A DNA stretch of 64,000 nucleotides from the human T2T-CHM13v2.0 reference genome, Homo sapiens: the NCBI RefSeq assembly GCF_009914755.1, contig NC_060934.1; one strand, given 5' to 3'. A model generated the notes under the pieces. That model was not told the origin of the DNA and searched no databases. It worked only from the letters and a program-made list of their open reading frames with translations. Numbering within the stretch: position 1 is the stretch's first letter; every line of letters begins with the position of its first letter. Both the position numbers and the translations under genes were made by a program. Below, one piece after another: positions 1 through 13,206 of this stretch.

Positions 1-49
1 TGGTGAGCTTGACAACAGAAGCCAGTCAAGATTCTAGAAGAAATTATTA

Positions 50-700
<651 letters not shown>

Positions 701-1074
701 TTTCCTGTCAAAGCTCAAATGCAAAAATGCACACAAAGCCAAGGAGAGAAAACAATTTGGATGAAAGCATAATTTTGAAGAGTGCATAGTAAAAGTTGTG
801 GGCCAAGACCAAATTATTTATTGATGTATTTTATGTGTAGACAAGACAGTGGAAACAAATAGACCCAAAGTGTTATAATGGCTCCTATACAATGGAACTG
901 TAGTGCTTCTTCACATAACAGCCTGAGGTGCTGTTCATGGCTGGCTGATGACTTCCCATGAGGACCCGGCTTCTTCCATCCTGTGGGCCTCCCATCCCCA
1001 AACACCTCATTTGCATCCACCTCCAGGTGTGCATTCTTAAGAGGAAGCATGGAGGAGGGACATTTACTTTCTTT

Positions 1075-1870
1075 TAAAATAAACTTTATCTTTTTTTATG
1101 GAATATTTGAAATGTGTAAAAGAACAGAGGTCTAAAGTTCACTCCAAATGCATATCATTCAGATTCAGCAACAATCTATTTAGGACCACCCTTGTTTCAT
1201 TTCTATTCCTCCCTTTCCTACCCTACTGGATTATTTTGAAGCCAATCCCAGCCATCATCTCATTTTTATAGGTAAGTTTGGATATCTGAAAGAAAAGGAC
1301 TCTATTTTTTGTAAGCATGGCTATGACACCATTATCACTCCTAAGATACTGACAGTAGTTTCCTAATATCGAACACCTTATCAATGTTCAAGTTGCCCTG
1401 ATTCAGATTCTCTCTCTTTCTCCCCCTCTCAACACTTTATTTGAATCATGATTCAAACAAGGATGTTCACATTGCATTGGTTGATAGGTACACATATGTG
1501 GTTTTTGGATGGTGGGGGATTAAGTCTCTCTTAATCTATACATCTCCCTCCCTCCCCACATCTGTCCTTTTAACTTATTTGTTATTGGGTCACTTGTTCT
1601 GTAGAGTCTCCCAGTTTGGATTGTGCTGGTTGCATCTCCATTATGTAAACATGTTCCTCTGAACCAATACTTAAATTTAGAGTCTTGTTGAGATACAGGT
1701 GATTTTTTTTGGACAAGTTTAGTTCATAGATGGTGTGTGTTTTTACTATTGATGATCACAGTGCACATTCATTATTTCATTAGGGGTTTGTAAAGTGGTG
1801 ATATTCTAATTCTATCATTCCATCCTCATTTATTAGAGTTCTTCTATAAAGAAAAACATTTATCAGCAAC
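1075..1870 (-). mobile_element. Old L1M (L1MC/ME-like) 3' fragment, apparently splitting an MLT1 LTR (~830-1070, ~1880-2040)
   Basis: Resembles ancient L1 3'UTR; flanks resemble MLT1J/K. Confidence 0.5.
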
Positions 1871-2083
1871 TATGTGGTGTTCGGAAGTCACACTTGCTTT
1901 TTAAATACCTCGACTTCCGTTCATATTGCGTTGGCTAAGGCTAAGTCACCTGCAAGGGAGGCTGGGAAGTGGATTCTTGCTGTGTGTCTGGGAAGAAGAG
2001 GAAATGGATCTAGAGCACCAGCTGGCAGTCTCTGCCACAATGACATAGCAAAGTGAAATTTACCTGGATCTATTTAAGGTCCA

Positions 2084-2646
2084 TGTATTAGGGTTTCCAG
2101 AAGGACAGAACGAATAGGATATATGTATATGTGAAAGGGAGTTTATTAAGGAGAATTGACTCAACGATCACAAGATTAAGTCCCACGAAAGACAATCTAC
2201 AAGCTGAGGAGCAAGGAAGCCAGTAGTGGCTCAGTTTGAGTCCTAAAGCCTCAAAAGTAGGGAAGCCCATAGTGCAACCTTCAGTCTGTGGTTGAAGGCC
2301 CGAGGGCCCTCGGGCAAACCACTGGTGTAAGTCCAAGAGTCCAAAGGTCAAAGAACTTGGAGTCTGATGTTCAAGGAAGCATCCAGCACAGGAAAAAGAT
2401 GAAAGCTAGAAGACTCAGCAAGCCAGTTTATCCGACCTTCTTCTGCCTGCTTTGTTCTAGCCATGCTGGCAGCCGATTGGATGGTGCCTACCCAGATTGA
2501 GGGTGGGTCTTCTTCTGCCAGTCCACTGACTCAAGTGTTAATCTCCTCTGGCAACACCCTTACAGACATACCCAGAAACAATACTTTATCAGCTATATAG
2601 GCATCCTTCAGTCCAATCAAGTTGACACCTAATATTAACCATCACA
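2084..2646 (-). mobile_element. MLT2B-like (ERVL) solo LTR
   Basis: tgtattagggtt...ttaaccatcaca termini; near-TSD gtcca/gtccc. Confidence 0.9.
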
Positions 2647-2649
2647 GTC

Positions 2650-3200
2650 CCTAAGCCCAGCTGCCCCATTTAGAATGAGAGGGATATGGCTTAGCAGTGA
2701 CGTGAATGGAAAAGACTGGGAGGAGTTGGTTGACCATAAACTCAGTGAGGAAGGACTGGGCTGTAGCTGCCAAAAGAGGTAATAGAGTCCTGGGCAGCAT
2801 CAACAGCAGCAGAGCTGGTGACATTGCTGACTTGTTGACAAACCATGACAGGTGCCAAGAAGGGTAGTCAGGGTCGTGGGGGATGCAAAGCCCTATCCAG
2901 GGAGGAGTGGTTGGAAGAGCTGGAGATATTGAATCTCAGGACTCTGATGGGACTTGGGAGGATTCTGAAGGGCTCTTTTCTGGAAAAGGGATTATGCTGG
3001 ATCTGAGTGGACCTAGGGGTGAATCAAGAGTATTGGGGAAGAATTACATGGAGGCAGATTATGGTTGAACACAGGATTTTTTTCTCCTGTGGGTATGATT
3101 TAATGGTCTTAGCTCTGTTATGATAGAATGGGCTGCCCTGGAAAGACTGTGTTCTCCTTGCTCTTGAGGTCATGAGGAGGGATTTGGCACCATGTAACAG
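2650..3200 (+). mobile_element. CR1/L3 LINE fragment
   Basis: ttggttgaccataaactcag...gtagctgccaaaagaggtaat...ctgggcagcatcaacag resembles L3. Confidence 0.55.
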
Positions 3201-3424
3201 AAAGGGGAGTCAGAAGTAAGGGTGGATGGGTGGCTACCCTGTCCCTTGATCTCCTGTGTCCCTCCAACCCTTGAGAGGCAGAAGATCAGACAAGCTATGG
3301 GGAATCTAGTACGTGATAACTGAGCGGAATTGCATGCTATGTGTTCAGCAAATGGCCATGCAGTCTGTGGGCAAGAGTATATATATAATCATTCACTTTT
3401 AGGCAATTCTTTTCCCCTTTTTTG

Positions 3425-4350
3425 TAGTCATAGATTTATTGTGTATAATTAATATATAAAGCACATATTTAATGTGAATAAAGCACAGTTTGATGAGTTT
3501 GGACATATGCCAATACCGGTACCATCACCACAGTCAAGGTAATAGACATATTCGTCACCTCTCAAGGTTTCCTTGTGTTCCTCTTCCCTTTTGTTTTTTT
3601 TTTTTTTTTTACTGTGTTAGGAGCACTTAATATAAGATCTACCCTCTTAAACTTTGAAGTGCATAACGCTGTGTTGTTAACTATAGACACTGAGTTGTAC
3701 AACAGACCTCTAGAGCTTATTCATCTAACATAACCAAAACTTTATAGCCATTGAACAAGTCCCCAATTCCCCTCACCCACAGCCACTAGCAATCTCTTGT
3801 ATTCTCTGTGCTATGAGTTTGACTATTTTAGACACATCATATAAGTGGAATCGCCTATGTAGTATTTATCCTTCTGTGGCTGGCTTATTTCACTTGGCAT
3901 AATGTCCTCCACGTTCATCCATGTTGTTCCAAATGGCAGGATTTTCTTCTTTTTTAAGGCTGGATAATATTCTTTGCATGTACACATTATGTTTTCTTTA
4001 TCCATTCATCTGTTGATGGATGCTTAGGTGGTTTCCATATCTTGGTGATTGTGAAGGATGCAATAGACACAAAAGGGCAGATATCTCTTTGAGATCCTGA
4101 TCTCAATTCTTTTGGAAATGTATCTAGAAGTGGGATTGCTAGATCATATTATAGTTCTATTTTTAATTTTTTGAGGAACCTCCATACTGTTTTCCGTAGC
4201 AACTACACTATTTTCCGTTCCCACCAACAGTGCAGAAGGGTTCCATTTCTTGACCTTCTTGCCAACATTCACCTTTTGTTTTTTTGATGATAGCCATCCT
4301 AACAGGTGTGAAGTGGTATCTCATTGTAATTTTGATTTGCATTTCCCTGA
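3425..4350 (-). mobile_element. L1MA 3' end fragment(s)
   Basis: Reverse L1 ORF2 end and 3'UTR motifs; ORF 3823..4005 is L1 ORF2 C-terminus-like. Confidence 0.85.
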
Positions 4351-5344
4351 GATTCTTTTGTTTCTTATGGAAAGCAATTATTGTTCAACTTTTGGCTGAA
4401 CTTTTAACTTACAGAGATAAAAAACATTTGGGGGGTGGTAGAAAATACACTTGACAACCAATTTTTCTTTATTGACAAAAATTTGTACATATTTATTTTG
4501 CACACATGCTGTTTTCAAATATGCATACATTGTAGAATGACTAAATCAAGCTAATTAATATCTACATTTCCTCACGTACTTACTTTTTGTGGTAAGAAAT
4601 AACCAGTTATTTCTGAGTGTGATCTCAGTGGCTGTTTGCTTGTTTGTTCCCTCTCTGTGGAGCACGTCTAAGTGCCAGCCCTGCCCTATGTTCCTGGAGA
4701 CATAGTCGAGCAACACGTGGGACTCTCTCTTGAAGCTTGCAGAGGGAGGTAGAGGCAGATGTGCACTGGGGTAAAGATGCTTTCATGTGGAGGACGTGTG
4801 TGTGCAGCTGGGGGAGTGAGGAGGAAGGCTGAGCAGGGTGGGCAGGGACGAGTGTGGGTGTGTGGGTTGGATATTAGGAAAAGCTCAGGGAATCATACCG
4901 GGGAGGTGCTGTAAGAAACCTTGAAGGATAAGTAGAATTAATCAGACAGGTAGGGGAAAAGGCATTCCCTGGGAGTCACTTCTATGGGGACAACTTGCAC
5001 AAAGGGAGGGAAGGTATAAGCATGGCATTTTGGGACATGGTGGTACAGGAGAGCAGGCTTAGCAGGCAGGGCATGCCCTGGTGAGACTGGAGGTGAGGCT
5101 GGAGGGTTGGCAGGGTCTGGACCAGAAGGGGTGGGGATCCATCCTGCAGAGCTGAAGTTCTCCCTGAAGGCCTCTGACTTGGTCCCTTGGGTGAAGAAGT
5201 TGCTGTGGACCACTAGGCTGGGAGTGGGTGCCCCCGATTCTGGGTCCTGCTTTTCAGTCACTCACCTTTCGATACAGCCCACTTGCCTATACTCCACCTT
5301 AGTTTCCACATCTGCAGAACAGGGAGGATGAATTAGGAGAAGCA

Positions 5345-5575
5345 CGGTGGCTAGTTTGGAGTCAGATATCCTGGGTTTGAATCCTGCCTCCAACACTGAT
5401 TAGCTTTTATTTAACCCATGTGCCTCTTAACTGGTAAAATAGGAATAATCATGGTACCAACCCCATGGGGTTACTATGGGGTTTAAACAAGAGGATTCTT
5501 GTAAAGTGTTTACCTATCACAGTGCTTGGATTTAATTGAGTGCTGATTGCTCAATACGTGGTGGCTGTTATTATT
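5345..5575 (+). mobile_element. MIR SINE
   Basis: ctgggtttgaatcctgcctc...gtaaaataggaataatc core. Confidence 0.75.
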
Positions 5576-5643
5576 ATACTAAGTGGTTAATACTGCTGGG
5601 TGCCATTTCAGACCACACAGTAGCGTGTGGCAGCAGCTTCTGT

Positions 5644-5850
5644 GACTTTGCACAGGATGTGGGTCATGCCAGCTTTGTATCCCAGGAGAGCTGTGAGGTG
5701 GACTGGCTTGGAAGGGTCATCCTTGGGGAAGCTCTTCACCTTCCCAGGATGCCTGCCGCTACACTTCTGAGGCAGGAAGCCCGGGGCCCCCTGTCTGGGA
5801 GTGGAGAACTTCCTGTGAGACATCTCGCCATCAAATCCCACTAGTTAGAG
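5644..5850 (-). pseudogene. RPL3: Processed pseudogene fragment of ribosomal protein L3 (5'UTR plus codons ~1-60)
   Basis: ATG at 5823 gives [56 protein letters not shown], matching the RPL3 N-terminus; preceded by RPL3-like 5'UTR ctct...gggatttgatggcg; no intron after the ATG. Confidence 0.93.
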
Positions 5851-6529
5851 CCCCAGCTCCTGTTTGTAAATTCCTGTCTGCTTCTCTCCTCTCTCTCTAC
5901 TGCTCACTCTCCTGCCTCTGACTGCCCACTTGCCAGAACATTTTTCTTTGGACATATTTCTACATCCTATAGCTATAATTGCCATGGGAAGTTTCGTATC
6001 AGCCTCCTCATAAAGTCAATTATCAAAAGGATATTAATATCTGATAATGACTAGAGTTTTTCTTTTCTTTCTTTCTTTTTCTTTTCTTTTTTTTTTTTTT
6101 AACTCTTAAGAGGTCTGGAGATACAATCCCTTCTACCCCAACCCCAAGGAATTAATCCTAATGGTGGATTTTCAGACTCAGTCTTGGGTGGAGGCTGAGC
6201 AGCCTTTCAAATTTCAGCCTGGAGCAGCTGCAGTTTAAAAGAGTATTTGCCCTCTTTTTCCAGCGAAGCTCCCTCTCCCTCCTGCGTGTGCAGAGTTGAG
6301 ACGGGTGTGTGTGTGAGATCCAGGTGTCCATGTTTAGTGAAGCTGGGACAGCTCTGAGCCTGGTTTAATTAAGTCTGTGTCTGATTCTGTTTCCCAAGTT
6401 CTTAACTGTGGCAGAAAACATCAACTAATAAAATGTCAGGAGAGTACAGCTTCCCCCAGTAGACCCCAGAATCATGTTTGGTGATCATTATGGTTGTTTC
6501 TGTGGGCATGCCTTTCTTCCCAAGCACTC

Positions 6530-7020
6530 TGCCTTATGAGGGGGGTCCCTCAGAAGCTGGCCCTGAGTCAAGGATTCAGGTGTGAGTGATTTATGAAGGA
6601 GGAAGGCAGAAGGGAGTGGGATTCATAAAGGATGTACTCCTAGGAAAAGGGAGTTGTAGAGGCAAAGATGGGAAGAGAGAAAGGGGCCAAGCAGGGGTCT
6701 GACTGGTGAAGAACCAGCTGCAGCCTGAGCCAGAGGGGAGCTCTGGAGTGTGAGTTGCACCTCAGAGTTTGCCTACTGGAGGAAAGCGAGCCTAGCCCTG
6801 ACACTGGTCAGCCAGAGGCTACCAGCCACCCCAAGGGATACAGATGTCCAGATATTTCCACTCTCCACATAGGGAGGTGGTCCCTGAAGCCCAAGGGTAA
6901 TGCTCTGCTCTGCGTGGCTTGTAGTTATGAGCTGTCAGTGGGGGCTGGAGCATGGGAACACAGCACCAGGAGGGGGATCCGAGGGCATCCGGGTGGGGTC
7001 AGTGGTGTCTGCTGCAAATG
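6530..7020 (-). mobile_element. Old ERVL LTR (LTR33/LTR16-like)
   Basis: cagaagctggccctgagtcaaggattcagg...gatttat motif. Confidence 0.55.
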
Positions 7021-7119
7021 TTCACCCCCTCCCTCCCCACAGGGCACCTGCAACAGGCTCATTCAATGTGGCTAAAAAACTATTAGACATAAAGTGGAAG
7101 ACAAGGCTCTCCAAGCACA

Positions 7120-8026
7120 TGTTGGGGCTCAGGACACAACACCCCAAAATGTGACAATAGGAGCTCAGAATATGCCACCCAAATATCCCTTTTTAGCATA
7201 TTGATTAGTTTCAGCTGGTTATTTTGAGAAACTGCAGACCCAGGAGTAGATCTGAAAAGTTGCTCTTTTGTAAAAACAATGGACCTCTCTAAAGGGAATT
7301 TTCATTAGTCATTAGAGCTGCTCTGACAGCTTTTATTATCTGAAAGACTTTCATCTGCATAACAAAACAACCTCTATTCACCATATATTTCCTTCCCTCA
7401 TCCTCTGTATTAGTCTGTTTTGCATTGCTATAAAGAAATACTGGAGCCTGGGTAATTTATAAAGAATAGAGGTTTATTGGGGTCACAGTTTTGCAGGCTG
7501 TATAAGCATGGTGCCAGCATCTGCTCAGCTTCTGGGGAGGCCTCAGGAAGCTTTCACTCATGGCAGAAGGCCATGGGGGAGCAGACATGTCACATGGTGA
7601 CAGAAGGAGCAAGAGAGAGAGAGGAGGAGGTGCCAGGCTCCTTTAAACAACGAATAGAGTGAGAACTCACTCATTACCATGGGGAGAACACCAAGCCATT
7701 CATGAGGGACCCGCCTCATGACCCCACCTCCCACCAGGCCCCACCTCCAACACAGGATCACATTTCAATATGAGATTTGGAGGGGACAAACATCCAAACT
7801 ATATCAACTTGTGTTGCCCCTCCTACCGCTTTCTGTAGCTTAGGATGCTGTATAAGCCTCAATCATCTGGCCACTTCCTTGAATCTCAAATGTTTGTGGG
7901 ACTCCATTGCATGTGTACATATTAATATGACTTTTCTCCTGTTAATCCATCTTCTGTCAGTTTCATTCCTAGACTAGCCAAAGGCCCTAGAAGGGTAGAG
8001 GGAGGCATGTGTTTTCCTCTCCTACA
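7120..8026 (+). mobile_element. MER34/MER39-like ERV1 LTR, interrupted by an MST LTR
   Basis: Starts tgttggggctcaggacacaacaccccaaaat, ends ttcctctcctaca. Confidence 0.7.
7406..7806 (-). mobile_element. MST (MaLR) solo LTR
   Basis: tgtattagtctgttttgcattgctataaag...catccaaactatatca. Confidence 0.9.
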
Positions 8027-8844
8027 TACATTTCAGGAGATGTCACAGTAGGACTTCATTAAGGTAGCGAATAAGCGCTACATGTCTCCAAAACAAGGGG
8101 AAGGCTTGGCCGATTATTCTGTCGAGACTGGAAGATAGCTCAGGGAGAATTGATGCTTTCCCTGTCTGGACTGTATCCCTCCTGGGCTGTGGTTATGCAT
8201 TTGAGACTGAACAGGGCTGGCCAGTGTTGTGTGAGCCCAGGTACTGGAAAGCCTCTGGAATTGAAATCAGGATTGTGTTTAATTCTTTATGGTCCTGTGC
8301 CTGTCAGCAGCTGGTTTCATTTATCTTCAATGAGAGTCTACATTCCTCAACCATCCACTTATGCCCAGTTGACTGTAAGACCAAGGGACCCATCTCAGAC
8401 GTGAATCTCTGAAAGCAGACTTGTATTTTATGTAGTTCTAGCTTGTGCAGTGGTTCAGTAGAAGGAGCTTTCTTGTCCTATGTTTGCTGCATATTGTGCA
8501 AATAGAAATTTCCTGAGACATACATTAGTAGTGTGTTAGTACACACTATTGCTGGTTGGGTAACACTAATGTTTGACATTTACAAAAATTAATTCAATTT
8601 ACTGTGACTTAGAACAGGGTAAACCAGAGCAGTGAGTTTTTGTGGAGTTCCCAGAATTATTCTTCAGGTCCAGCTTGTCTCCCTAAGACCCCCCTTTTAT
8701 TTGTCTCCATGACTCAGTGTAATTTCCATGACAGAAGTTGTCTTTGAAGGTAAACTTTCAGATATTTTTGTCTGCAAATTAAAAAATTTCTCGAGACAAG
8801 TAACACTCTAAAAACCAAAAAAAAAAAAAAAAAAAAAAAAATTA

Positions 8845-9205
8845 GGATATAGTCTAACAAGATTAAGGCATGACTAAAGCTTACTTTTCTCTCACATAAC
8901 AAAGTCTGGAGGTAGGAAATTCAGGATTGGTATGGCACTTCCGTGAAATTGCCAGGGACCCAGGCTTCTCTCAGGTCTCCCCTCTGCCAATCATAGGGTG
9001 TGGCCCTCACCCTTGTGTTTATGACAGCTGCCTGAGCTCTGGTCTTCACATCTGAGTTCCAGGCGACAGGGGTGGAAAAAGAAAAGCATGCACTTCCCTT
9101 TAAGGCACCTTCTGGGAAGTCTCCCATTTATGTATCATTACTTAGAACATGGTCACATTATCACAGCTAGCTGCAAGAGAGGCTGGGAAATGTGACCTTT
9201 TAGCT
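8845..9205 (-). mobile_element. MLT1J/K-like MaLR LTR
   Basis: ctcacataacaaagtctggaggtagg...agctgcaagagaggctgggaaatgt. Confidence 0.6.
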
Positions 9206-10054
9206 TGCTAATAATTCACACAGCCCCAATCAATGAATCTAAGACAGGCAAAGGAAAAATGTATTTTCTTCTCCTCTAAAACTCATATTTGACCATAGAT
9301 TATTTCCCCCAAACTCTCCACATATGGAAGTCTGAAGAGCCATATTCATACGTTTCTGCAAAAACCAAAAAACCAAAACTAAACTAAAACAAAACACAAA
9401 ACAATCCCCACCATACCAAAAAACAACAACAACAAACTCCAACAAAGCAGATAAAAATGTTATTTATATAGACTGCCAAAAGTTCCCAACTTGGCCTTGT
9501 ATTCCAGTTTTACTTCCAGGATTAAAACTCCAATAAAAAGAGCTTCTGCCCAACTTCAGCAAGCCTTATTCCTAGGATGCTTTATGAGCTAACCCTGTTT
9601 AATGTTCTTCCTATTATTCATCCTGCCTTTCCCCACCTGCAGCCTTCCTCCAGGAACAGCCTTGAACCTGTGGGGCACCATGTTTATGGAGCTTCACTGC
9701 TGTTGCTCTTGTCTGGCTTTGCTGGGCATGTTCTGCTTGATTGATCCACCTTCCTTCCCTATATTCTCTTCTAACTGGCCCTTATTTGCAGTTTTCTGAG
9801 TAGGAAATATCAGTCTTCTGGGCCTCAATTTTCCCATTTATAAAAAGGAATGGTAAGCTCAAAAGTCTTTTTTAGGGATTATAATTTTGCTTCTAGTATT
9901 ACCTTTTAAGCAGGAAACACACTGCCCAAAAGAAGTTGTGTACTTTCTAGAAGGGAGAGAAGTGAGGTCCAATCATAAATGAATGGCAGATGTACGAGTA
10001 ACTATGATTTATTGAACACCTGAAACTACGTGAGGCATTTTACACATACCATTT

Positions 10055-10620
10055 CTTTTTTGAAATAACAGATTTGTTGAGATATAATTCACATATACAT
10101 TTTATCCATTTACAGTATTATGATTCAATGGTTTTTAGTATATTCAGGTATGTGCAACCATCACCACAGTCAATTTTAGTGTATTTCCATTACCTCAAAA
10201 GGAAACCCTATATCCATTAGCTACATTCCCTACCCCTCATCCTTCTCAGCCACCACAATCTACTTTCTGTCTCTGTAGAATTGCCTGTTCTGGACAATTT
10301 CATATAAATGGAATCATGTATTATGTGGCTTTTTGTGTCTGACTTCATTTATCTGGTGTGATATTTTCAAGATTCATTCATGTTGCAGTATGTATCTGTA
10401 CTTCGTTCTTTTTTTATCGCTGGATAATATTCCATTTTTGGGTTTGCCACATTTTGCTTATTCATTCATCAGTTGACATTTCAGTGTTTCTACTTTTTTG
10501 CTATTATGAATAATACCACTGGAAACATTCATGTACAAGTTTATGTGTGGACATGTGTTTTCATTCCCCTTGAGCAGATACCCAGGAGTGGAATTGCTGG
10601 GTCATAATGCTAACTCACAT
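10055..10620 (-). mobile_element. L1MB 3' fragment
   Basis: ttgagatataattcacata...gtggaattgctgggtcata. Confidence 0.85.
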
Positions 10621-10629
10621 TTACATAGG

Positions 10630-10800
10630 TCATTTCTGATCCTCCTAAGAATCCTGTAAAACAGGAATTACTATTCCCATTTTACTGATGAGACAACTGA
10701 GGCTGGAGGAGGTTAAGTATCTTGCCAAGGAGACACAGCCAGTAAGTGGCTGAGTCTGGATTTAAACCCAAGTCTTTCTAATGCCAAAGCCACGGTTTTT
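10630..10800 (-). mobile_element. MIR SINE
   Basis: cccattttactgatgagacaactgaggct core. Confidence 0.8.
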
Positions 10801-11934
10801 CTTACTGTGCTCAACAGCCAAGGTTTAGCTCAGTTTCTGGTCTTACACGTGTTGATGTCAGAATGCTACTAAGGGCTTGCGGAGTCAGCTTCCTACATGT
10901 GGCTCTTGCTTTCAAATCACAAGAGCTATTCTGCTAGGAAGCCCCTGGAGTAAAGGTCAACATGAACTGGATCTAAATGGAATTCTCTCTTTACAGTGAT
11001 GTTTAGATGTTTAAAATGTGCCAGGACCACCACCTCAAATATAAACACCTTCTTTAGGAATACTCAAGGTACAAGTTTCTGATTAGTGACTGTTAAGTGC
11101 ATTGTCATCTTCTCCTTTCTTTCTCTCAACAGTTCCTATCCAACAGCTGCTACTGTAGGAATAAGCTCTGCCTGCTGCTGCCAGATTGTTGTTACAATAA
11201 CATGCACCTTTGACAATTTGTGGCGGCTTTGTGTTTCTCTTGTTGTCATTCTGATTTTCAGCTCTGGGAGAGCACACAGCATATGGTGTGGAAATCGCTG
11301 ACTTTGTACTGAATGGAGGTTCTGGTCATGAAAGCAAAGGTAGACAGAATGTGGAGCGTGGTTTCCAAAGTGGAAATACAGTATTTCACCGGATCGATTT
11401 TTTTATCCTGAATATTGCTATGTGTAAAGAGATGGTATGCTAAAAGAGCATCAAAAAGAAAACTGTAGTGGCAGTTTACATGTATATACCATAGAACCTG
11501 TCTCTAAAGAACCAGCTGCTTTGATAATATTTAGGACCATTAATTCTGTTGTCTGAGAAAGGGAGCAGACAGGGTCATTAGGCAGCCTTATTTTCATTAT
11601 AAAACTTAGATAAGAAACATTTACATAAACCTATCTCAACACAATACAATCATTTTTAGCATTTTGGTACATTTCCTTCTAGTCTGTGTTTTTTCTTTAT
11701 GCATAGGATTCAAAACAAATTTGGTTTTAAGACATGTACACAATTTTACATCACCTTATTCTTTTATAACTATATGATCATAAGTATTTTAATTTTCCCC
11801 ATATTATTACATCATTTTTATAATCATTTTAAGTGGCATTTAAGCATTTCATTAGATATGCCAATCTATTTTATTATTTGCCAATACTGAACATTTAGAT
11901 TATTTTCTTTGCCTTGCTATTATTTGTTTGGTTG

Positions 11935-12055
11935 GTTTTTTAGAGACAGGATCTCACTATGTTGCCCAGGCTGGTCTCAAACTCCTGGCCTCAGATCCTC
12001 CCACCTCAGTCTCCTGAGTAGGTGGGATCACACGTGCAAGTCACTGTACCTGGCT
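11935..12055 (-). mobile_element. FLAM/Alu monomer
   Basis: agagacaggatctcactatgttgcccaggctggtctc. Confidence 0.85.
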
Positions 12056-13050
12056 GCCTTGCTATTCTTAATAACATCTGTATATCCACAGCTTTTGTGC
12101 ATTTATTTCCTTAGAAATTCCTAGAGGAGAAATTTAGAAGGGTCTCTAATGACTGTTGTCAAATTGCTTTCCAAAACAATTGAGCTCATTTCCACTTCTC
12201 TTGGCAGCATGAGAGTGTTGGTTCCACCACATCTTCACCAGCATAGCATTGGCTGGTATTGGTAAGTTTAGGTACGAGGAATGAAGTTGAGCTCAAAGAG
12301 AAGATAAAAGCTATCCTCTGTCTCTGGGGAGAGTGTTCCAGGAGGGCAGAAAACTCATTTTGAGGAGGAAAAAATTGGGACATGTGGCAAAAGAGGGTTA
12401 TGATGGGGAAGGAAGACTTCAGCAAACTTTTTAAAAAAAATTTTTATTTTTTAATGTATTGTTTCTTACCTCTTGTTTTCCAGTCTAAGCCCTGGGAGCT
12501 TGTCATAAATTCTCTGCAGAGAGACCTGTGGACATGTAAAAGCAAGCGCGGCTCTTTGGGACCTGCAGGACTCACAATCTTCCAGGGCTGGCCATCCAGT
12601 TGCCACTTGTGGGGAGAGCCTCCTTCCTCTGGGTCAGAAGCAGAGCAGAACCAGCAGCCATGGAGCAGAGACCAAGCCCGGCTGGAGGCTGGTGGCAGAA
12701 CAGTAAGTGTCACAGTAGCGAAACGGCATTTTCAGAGGAAGTGGAGGTAGCAGCAGTGGGATGGGGGAACGAAGCAGCTTTGTGGGGATGGGCTTGCTGG
12801 GTCAGCTGGGAATGTGTGTGTGACCGTGTGTGTGCACGTGTGTTTGTGTGTGTAGAGAGAGCAGCAATGACCAGCATAGCCCCAGGGCTGAACTGGGCTA
12901 AAGAGCTGCAGAGTAATTAGAACAGCAGGCAGTACTAATTGTTATTATGTATGAAAGCACCTTTATTTGTAAAATTGTTTTATGTGCCAGGCTTGGTGCC
13001 AGCTGTTGGTTTCCTGCTTACCCTGGCTAGCGGAGGCTCATCCTGGAAAG

Positions 13051-13078
13051 TCTCTTGACCAGAGGACTGGTCAAGAGA
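13051..13078. repeat. Perfect inverted repeat (12-bp arms, 4-nt loop)
   Basis: tctcttgaccag-agga-ctggtcaagaga. Confidence 0.95.
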
Positions 13079-13206
13079 GGGTCCTTACCTTCTCATGCAT
13101 TCATTCATTCATTCAGTGAATGTTTACTGTGAAACAGGCCCTGGGGGTATGGCTCTGAGCAATGTGGAAGACATCCTTTACTTTTCCTCCTCAGAGCTGA
13201 GTCCAG

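Noticed and set aside
5459-5472. Short palindromes (also ~8529-8548, 40311-40324, 40480-40499, 60683-60700)
   Set aside because: Stems of 7-8 bp are expected by chance in 64 kb.
9360-9450. A/C-rich tract and orphan poly-A/T runs (6060-6100, 8817-8841, 22070-22091)
   Set aside because: Low complexity; no attached element or TSD could be identified.
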